The notes under the pieces: model-generated | The model's input: only the letters and a program-made list of their open reading frames with translations | Told to the model about the DNA's origin: nothing | Database searches by the model: none | Source of the DNA: Candidatus Woesebacteria bacterium RIFCSPHIGHO2_01_FULL_39_23 | Lineage (GTDB): Bacteria; Patescibacteriota; Microgenomatia; UBA8517 | Direction: 5' to 3' | Assembly: GCA_001792305.1 (NCBI GenBank) | Contig: MGGH01000005.1 | Location: 1-49,993 of the forward strand | Length of the DNA stretch: 49,993 bases | In this document: positions 46,115-49,993 of the stretch, one piece after another | Layout of the letters: each line of letters opens with the position of its first letter | Numbering within the stretch: position 1 is the stretch's first letter | Program-made: the position numbers and the translations under genes

Positions 46115-46163
46115 AGCTTGATATGAAATGTAACTCTATTGTATTTTACACAAGAAAGCAGCC

Positions 46164-48032
46164 TTAATCAACTATCTTATTTTCAATTTTATTCTTTATT
46201 TCAGAAATTGCCTCGGCCAAGGAATATTGACCCAGGTCTTTGCCATTTCGAAGACGCACGGCAACTTGGTTTTTGCTTTCTTCTTTGTCACCAACTATTA
46301 ACATGTATGGTACTTTTTCTTTTTCGGCGTCACGGATTTTTGACTGCAGTGTTTCATTTCTATCATCTAATTCAGTCCTGATTCCCCTGTTCCCTAACTT
46401 TTTATATACATCTTGTGCATACCTTAAGTTTCTGTCTGTAATCGGAAGAACTTTGGCCTGAACAGGCGCAAGCCAAATAGGGAAAGCCCCCGCAAAGTGT
46501 TCAATAAGTACTCCAAAAAATCTCTCCATAGATCCCAATATTGTTCTATGAATCATAACAGCCTGTTTCTTTTCGCCTTTTTTGTCTACATATTGAACAT
46601 CAAATCCCCTTCCCAGATTTTTAAGATATTTCCATAAATTTTCTTTTGTTTTGAATTTGTCTTTAAAAGTTTTCATTGCCCAAAATTCCTCCAAATCTTC
46701 TTTTGTGCTTTCGGCATATGATGGCTGGTTGAAGTCAAATTGTATAGTACCTAGCTGCCACTCTCGGCCAAGTGAGTCTTTTACTTTAGAATCAATTTTA
46801 GGTCCGTAAAAAACTCCTTCACCCTCATCAATTTTGTATGACAAACTCTCGAGTTCTGCCGCCTTTTTGAGCGAATTTTCAGCAAAATTCCACATCTCAA
46901 GTGTACCCAGATACTTTTCAGGTCTTGTGGCTATATAAACTTGATAATCTGTGAAACCGAAAACTTCATACATTTTTCTGGTGAGTTTAATAACCCCTCT
47001 TACCTCATCAATTACCTGCCCTGGTGTACAGAATATATGAGAATCATCTTGAGTGAAACCCCTAACGCGTATCATTCCGTGTAACGTTCCAGCTCGTTCG
47101 TAGCGGTAAACAGTACCCAACTCACCCATTCGAAAGGGTAATTCGCGATAGCTTCGTGGTCTGTCTTTATAAATTTGAATATGATTAGGACAATTCATAG
47201 GTTTAAGTTGTTCGTCCACTAGGTAATCAGGTGCACTTTCACCTTCGATGTATTGATGAAGCATCGCTGGAAACATTGAATTAATATACTTATTGTAATG
47301 TCGTGAGGTTACAAACATATCCATACTGGCAATATGCGGGGTATAGACTAACTTATAATTTTCATTGGAATGTTCCTTTTTCCAATAAGACTCCACAATG
47401 TTTCTTACGGTGGACAGTTTTGGGTGCCACAGTATTAATCCGGGGCCAGTTAACTGATTTATTGAAAAAAGATCGAGTTCTTTTCCAAGCTTACGATGAT
47501 CTCTTTTTTTGGATTCTTCAAGTTGTTTCAAGTAGTCGTTTAGCTCTTTCTCAGTAGGCCAGCAGGTGCCGTAGATGCGGGTAAGCATTTTGTTTTTTTC
47601 GCTGCCGCGCCAGTAGGCCCCGGCTACCGAAAGCAGCTTGAAATGGGTGAGTTCCTTTGAGGGGTTTTCAACGTGGCCCATTTTGCAAAGATCAAGGAAG
47701 TCACCCGGATTATTGGTCATGAGTTTTTTGCCGCCTTTGGCGAATTCCGTTGCCATCTCTACTTTATATTTGTTGTCCCGAAAGACCCTTTTAGCTTCTG
47801 CAAGAGAGACTTCATTGAACGTAAATTTTTCCCAGGTTGGCAAAATTTGTCGCATTTTTGCTTCGATCTTGGGAAGTTCCTCTTCAGAGATTTTCCATTT
47901 ACCCATATCAAAGTCCTGATAAAATCCGTTTTCAATTGCAGGCCCTATAGCATTGAGAGCACCTGGGTAGAGCAGCTTCACAGAATGCGCCAACAAATGT
48001 GCGCAAGAATGTCTTAAGTTATCTAAATTCAT
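46164..48032 (-). CDS. thrS: Threonyl-tRNA synthetase (no N-terminal TGS domain)
   Basis: It starts at the editing/SAD domain (RHSCAHLLAH), followed by the class II catalytic core and a C-terminal anticodon-binding domain. Confidence 0.95.
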   Translation of the reverse strand: MNLDNLRHSCAHLLAHSVKLLYPGALNAIGPAIENGFYQDFDMGKWKISEEELPKIEAKMRQILPTWEKFTFNEVSLAEAKRVFRDNKYKVEMATEFAKGGKKLMTNNPGDFLDLCKMGHVENPSKELTHFKLLSVAGAYWRGSEKNKMLTRIYGTCWPTEKELNDYLKQLEESKKRDHRKLGKELDLFSINQLTGPGLILWHPKLSTVRNIVESYWKKEHSNENYKLVYTPHIASMDMFVTSRHYNKYINSMFPAMLHQYIEGESAPDYLVDEQLKPMNCPNHIQIYKDRPRSYRELPFRMGELGTVYRYERAGTLHGMIRVRGFTQDDSHIFCTPGQVIDEVRGVIKLTRKMYEVFGFTDYQVYIATRPEKYLGTLEMWNFAENSLKKAAELESLSYKIDEGEGVFYGPKIDSKVKDSLGREWQLGTIQFDFNQPSYAESTKEDLEEFWAMKTFKDKFKTKENLWKYLKNLGRGFDVQYVDKKGEKKQAVMIHRTILGSMERFFGVLIEHFAGAFPIWLAPVQAKVLPITDRNLRYAQDVYKKLGNRGIRTELDDRNETLQSKIRDAEKEKVPYMLIVGDKEESKNQVAVRLRNGKDLGQYSLAEAISEIKNKIENKIVD

Positions 48033-48046
48033 ACTTTTATAATACT

Positions 48047-48071
48047 AAAAAACCTCCCTGTTGAGGAGGTA
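48047..48071 (-). terminator. Intrinsic terminator immediately upstream of the thrS ATG
   Basis: On the minus strand: ACCUCC-ucaacag-GGAGGU followed by a U5 run, ending 14 nt before the thrS start codon. Confidence 0.6.
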
Positions 48072-48095
48072 TAAAAAACCACTAATCTACCTCCC

Positions 48096-48134
48096 CTATT
48101 GGGTTAAAGTAGTAGTGGTTGTTACAAAGTTCAT
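48096..48134 (-). CDS. Candidate thrS leader peptide MNFVTTTTTLTQ
   Basis: ATG AAC TTT GTA ACA ACC ACT ACT ACT TTA ACC CAA TAG, with the ATG 12 nt downstream of a -10 box. Six of the 12 codons are Thr. Confidence 0.5.
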   Translation of the reverse strand: MNFVTTTTTLTQ

Positions 48135-48146
48135 AGTGTTGTATGT

Positions 48147-48175
48147 ATGATATTGCCTGAAACACTTTTTGTCAA
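48147..48175 (-). promoter_or_regulatory. Sigma-70-like promoter of the thrS leader
   Basis: On the minus strand: TTGACA (48175-48170), exactly 17 nt, then TATCAT (48152-48147). Confidence 0.6.
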
Positions 48176-48195
48176 ATATATAGTTGTAGTTTATT

Positions 48196-48213
48196 CTTCG
48201 GGAATTCCCGAAG
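48196..48213. terminator. Perfect 18-nt palindrome downstream of the tRNA genes
   Basis: CTTCGGG-AATT-CCCGAAG lies between tRNA-Ala and the thrS promoter. Confidence 0.5.
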
Positions 48214-48331
48214 CTACTAATAAAGCTAATTCCATAAGAGGAACTATTTTTTCGTTATCTCCAAAAACTTCTACGACACGATTCAACTAAATTCTGTACT
48301 TCCCGCTCACCGGCAATTGTCACAAATCTTG

Positions 48332-48404
48332 TGGACCCGGGGGGATTTGAACCCCCAACCCCTTGACTGCCAGCCAAGTGCTCTAGCCATTGAGCTACAG
48401 GCCC
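48332..48404 (-). tRNA. tRNA-Ala (anticodon GGC)
   Basis: A 73-nt cloverleaf folded by hand: acceptor GGGCCUG/CGGGUCC with the G3:U70 Ala identity pair, anticodon loop CU-GGC-AG, and T-arm GGGGG-UUCAAAU-CCCCC. The CCA end is not encoded. Confidence 0.93.
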
Positions 48405-48414
48405 TTGTGTAGAC

Positions 48415-48489
48415 TGGTGGGCGGTGAGGGATTCGAACCCCCGACTTTTTACACGTCAAGTAAACACTCTGCCACTGAGTTAACCGCCC
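48415..48489 (-). tRNA. tRNA-Val (anticodon GAC), CCA encoded
   Basis: A 75-nt cloverleaf: acceptor GGGCGGU/ACCGCCC, anticodon stem UUUAC/GUAAA with loop UU-GAC-GU, T-loop UUCGAAU, and 3-prime ACCA. Confidence 0.93.
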
Positions 48490-48499
48490 AATGGCATAA

Positions 48500-48528
48500 A
48501 TTTTACTAAATCGTAGAGAGATAATCAA
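48500..48528 (-). promoter_or_regulatory. Promoter of the tRNA-Val/tRNA-Ala pair
   Basis: On the minus strand: TTGATT (48528-48523), 17 nt, TAAAAT (48505-48500), about 10 nt before the tRNA-Val 5-prime end. Confidence 0.45.
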
Positions 48529-48534
48529 TCGAAG

Positions 48535-49164
48535 CTAGCCTGCCGACCTCTGGCTGTAGTGTTCTCCCGATAAAAAGAACTTGCTTCCTTGAGATTTATA
48601 AAGACTCCAGAAGTTCTTTTTATTTGCACGTTTATTTACTGCGTGAAGCCAAACTGCAGCTTTTTCGACTTTTTTCCTGAAACTTTTCAAAAACTCGATT
48701 AACTTTTCAAAAAAAACCACATGATATACTCCAGGCTCGACAGGAACTTGCATGGTGGCTATTTTAAGCTCTTTTGATAAACCTTCAGTAGTTGTAGCCA
48801 AATTTTCAACTTCCTGTTTTAGTACATGAAGTTGTATCTGAAGCTCTCTACCTTTTTTCTCAAGTAGTATTTTTTCTTCTTCGATAAGGGTACGCTCGAG
48901 GTGAACTTGGCTTGCCAGTCTTTCTTGCTCCTGCCTTTTTCCCGACAACACTTGCGAAAATTCCAAAGACTCGCCCGGTATAATTTCTCCGGAGTATTTT
49001 TTGCCGTAACCTTGTCCAAATACTTGGTCCATAAAATCAGAAGACATGCCCCCCAAAAGGTCCTTTTTAAATGAATTCACACTCCCAGTTCCTATGTCTT
49101 TTAAGCTCTCAAGCACATTACGGCTCGCAATTTTTTTGTTGTTTGGTTTGTTTTGGAAATTCAT
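48535..49164 (-). CDS. Hypothetical coiled-coil protein (possibly a Patescibacteria-restricted DUF family)
   Basis: 209-aa ORF with a central heptad-rich segment (EQERLASQVHLERTLIEEEKILLEKKGRELQIQLHVLKQEVENL). I could not assign a function. Confidence 0.6.
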   Translation of the reverse strand: MNFQNKPNNKKIASRNVLESLKDIGTGSVNSFKKDLLGGMSSDFMDQVFGQGYGKKYSGEIIPGESLEFSQVLSGKRQEQERLASQVHLERTLIEEEKILLEKKGRELQIQLHVLKQEVENLATTTEGLSKELKIATMQVPVEPGVYHVVFFEKLIEFLKSFRKKVEKAAVWLHAVNKRANKKNFWSLYKSQGSKFFLSGEHYSQRSAG

Positions 49165-49193
49165 ACAAATATCCTATAACATTTGGTGGAATT

Positions 49194-49993
49194 TTACAAC
49201 AAGGAACTTAATTTTTCAAGTGCCTTTCTCTTTTTGAGAATTTGTATTATACCGGTTAACTGCTTCTCTTCAGGTTTGTCCACTACTTCAGGATTAACGG
49301 ATTTAAAAAACTCTTTAGCCTCGCTGGAGTCAATTTTTATGTCTTCTTTTAGTGCAATTTCAGATAGAATAAAATCGAGTATTATTGAGCTTTTAACAGA
49401 CTCCAGATATTCATTTCTTAAACTTTCAGCCGTTTTTCCGATTGACTGTAGGTATCCCTCAAGAGTAAGCCCCAGTTTTTCAAGGCGAGAAAGAAGTGCG
49501 GAAAGTTTAATGTTTACTTCTTCTTCAAGGAGAACTCTGGGGACTTGTATGTCTTTGTATTTTTCAAGGAGAATTCTTATAACCTGCGACTCTTTTTGTT
49601 CGCGGGTAGGTTCTTTCTTTGTTCTGTCTTTCCCGGGTACCCAAATATCTGCCTTTTTACTGTTCCTTATCAGATCTTTATAATCTCCTAATTGTATTTC
49701 TGGCGCTTCGCATGTTACAGCCTTTACTTCAATGACGCTGTCTTTTTTACCAACTACTTCAAATTTGGGGTACATAACTACCTTGATGTTGTGCTCTTTT
49801 ATTACACTGTAAAAAGCATTTGGAAGGATATTGGAGAGCGCTTGGCTCAAGAGTTTGTCTTCGGAAAGATTTTTTCGGACAATATGTTTTGGTGCTTTTC
49901 CTTTCCTAAATCCCGGAACCTCAAGTTCTTTGGATTCTTTTTCAACAAGTTTATCGATCTCGGACTCAATCAGACTTTGCGGAATCGTAAAAT
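49194..49993 (-). CDS. tig: Trigger factor, short form without PPIase domain (5-prime end outside the window)
   Basis: The reading frame stays open to the window edge. The ribosome-binding signature VPGFRKGKAP lies upstream of the ORF-track start, which is an internal TTG Leu codon. The N-domain runs directly into C-domain-like helices. Confidence 0.88.
   Translation of the reverse strand, partial: FTIPQSLIESEIDKLVEKESKELEVPGFRKGKAPKHIVRKNLSEDKLLSQALSNILPNAFYSVIKEHNIKVVMYPKFEVVGKKDSVIEVKAVTCEAPEIQLGDYKDLIRNSKKADIWVPGKDRTKKEPTREQKESQVIRILLEKYKDIQVPRVLLEEEVNIKLSALLSRLEKLGLTLEGYLQSIGKTAESLRNEYLESVKSSIILDFILSEIALKEDIKIDSSEAKEFFKSVNPEVVDKPEEKQLTGIIQILKKRKALEKLSSLL

Noticed and set aside
48033-48175. 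T-box riboswitch upstream of thrS, the usual Gram-positive mechanism.
   Set aside because: The leader is only about 100 nt. I see no long Stem I with a K-turn/specifier loop and no conserved T-box 14-mer. The Thr codons sit inside a translatable ATG-initiated mini-ORF, which fits peptide-mediated attenuation better. A cmscan run would settle this.
48307-48528. 73-aa minus-strand ORF from the track.
   Set aside because: It lies entirely over the tRNA-Ala and tRNA-Val genes, so it is spurious.

Overview
This is a gene-dense, AT-rich chromosomal window of about 60 genes, where convergent genes often abut or overlap. It looks like a reduced-genome Patescibacteria/CPR-type bacterium. That is an inference from shortened housekeeping proteins, a secretin-less type IV pilus locus and Cys-rich surface proteins. 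The standard genetic code appears to apply, with TGA used as a stop. All calls come from motif reading by eye; no database search or folding program was run.

Left third: membrane proteins, a DksA/TraR-type Zn-finger protein, an RluA-family pseudouridine synthase, a CPA2 antiporter and YebC. A 788-bp gene-free interval follows, then a XerC/D-type tyrosine recombinase, gyrA, a secreted beta-propeller protein, a phosphodiester-glycosidase-like protein, a membrane pyrophosphatase, gyrB and a short holB.

Middle: an operon for a membrane-anchored protein plus a 789-aa Cys-rich secreted protein. It is transcribed divergently from a complete type IV pilus locus (pilB-pilT-pilC-pilin-pilD, seven further pilin-like genes, pilM-pilN-pilO).

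Right third: two conserved housekeeping blocks, recG-rpmF-nusB-ACP-like-rnc-rpsP-KH and tRNA-Val-tRNA-Ala-thrS-infC-rpmI-rplT-pheS-pheT. Also present are tyrS, a class A PBP and a PPIase-less trigger factor cut by the window end. I saw no CRISPR array, rRNA, transposase or recognisable defence gene.

Most notable observations:
1. A 12-codon leader ORF with five consecutive Thr codons, plus mutually exclusive antiterminator and terminator hairpins, lies directly upstream of thrS. This is a candidate ribosome-mediated attenuator of a tRNA synthetase gene.
2. The 788-bp non-coding interval next to the tyrosine recombinase carries an 11-bp inverted-repeat pair flanking about 520 bp. It could be a structured RNA or an invertible switch.
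3. The only two G8/C8 homopolymers in the window sit at the major pilin 5-prime region and inside the Cys-rich surface protein gene. These are candidate phase-variable contingency loci.
4. There is widespread -10-box-to-ATG spacing of 6-12 nt with no Shine-Dalgarno sequence, suggesting leaderless mRNAs.
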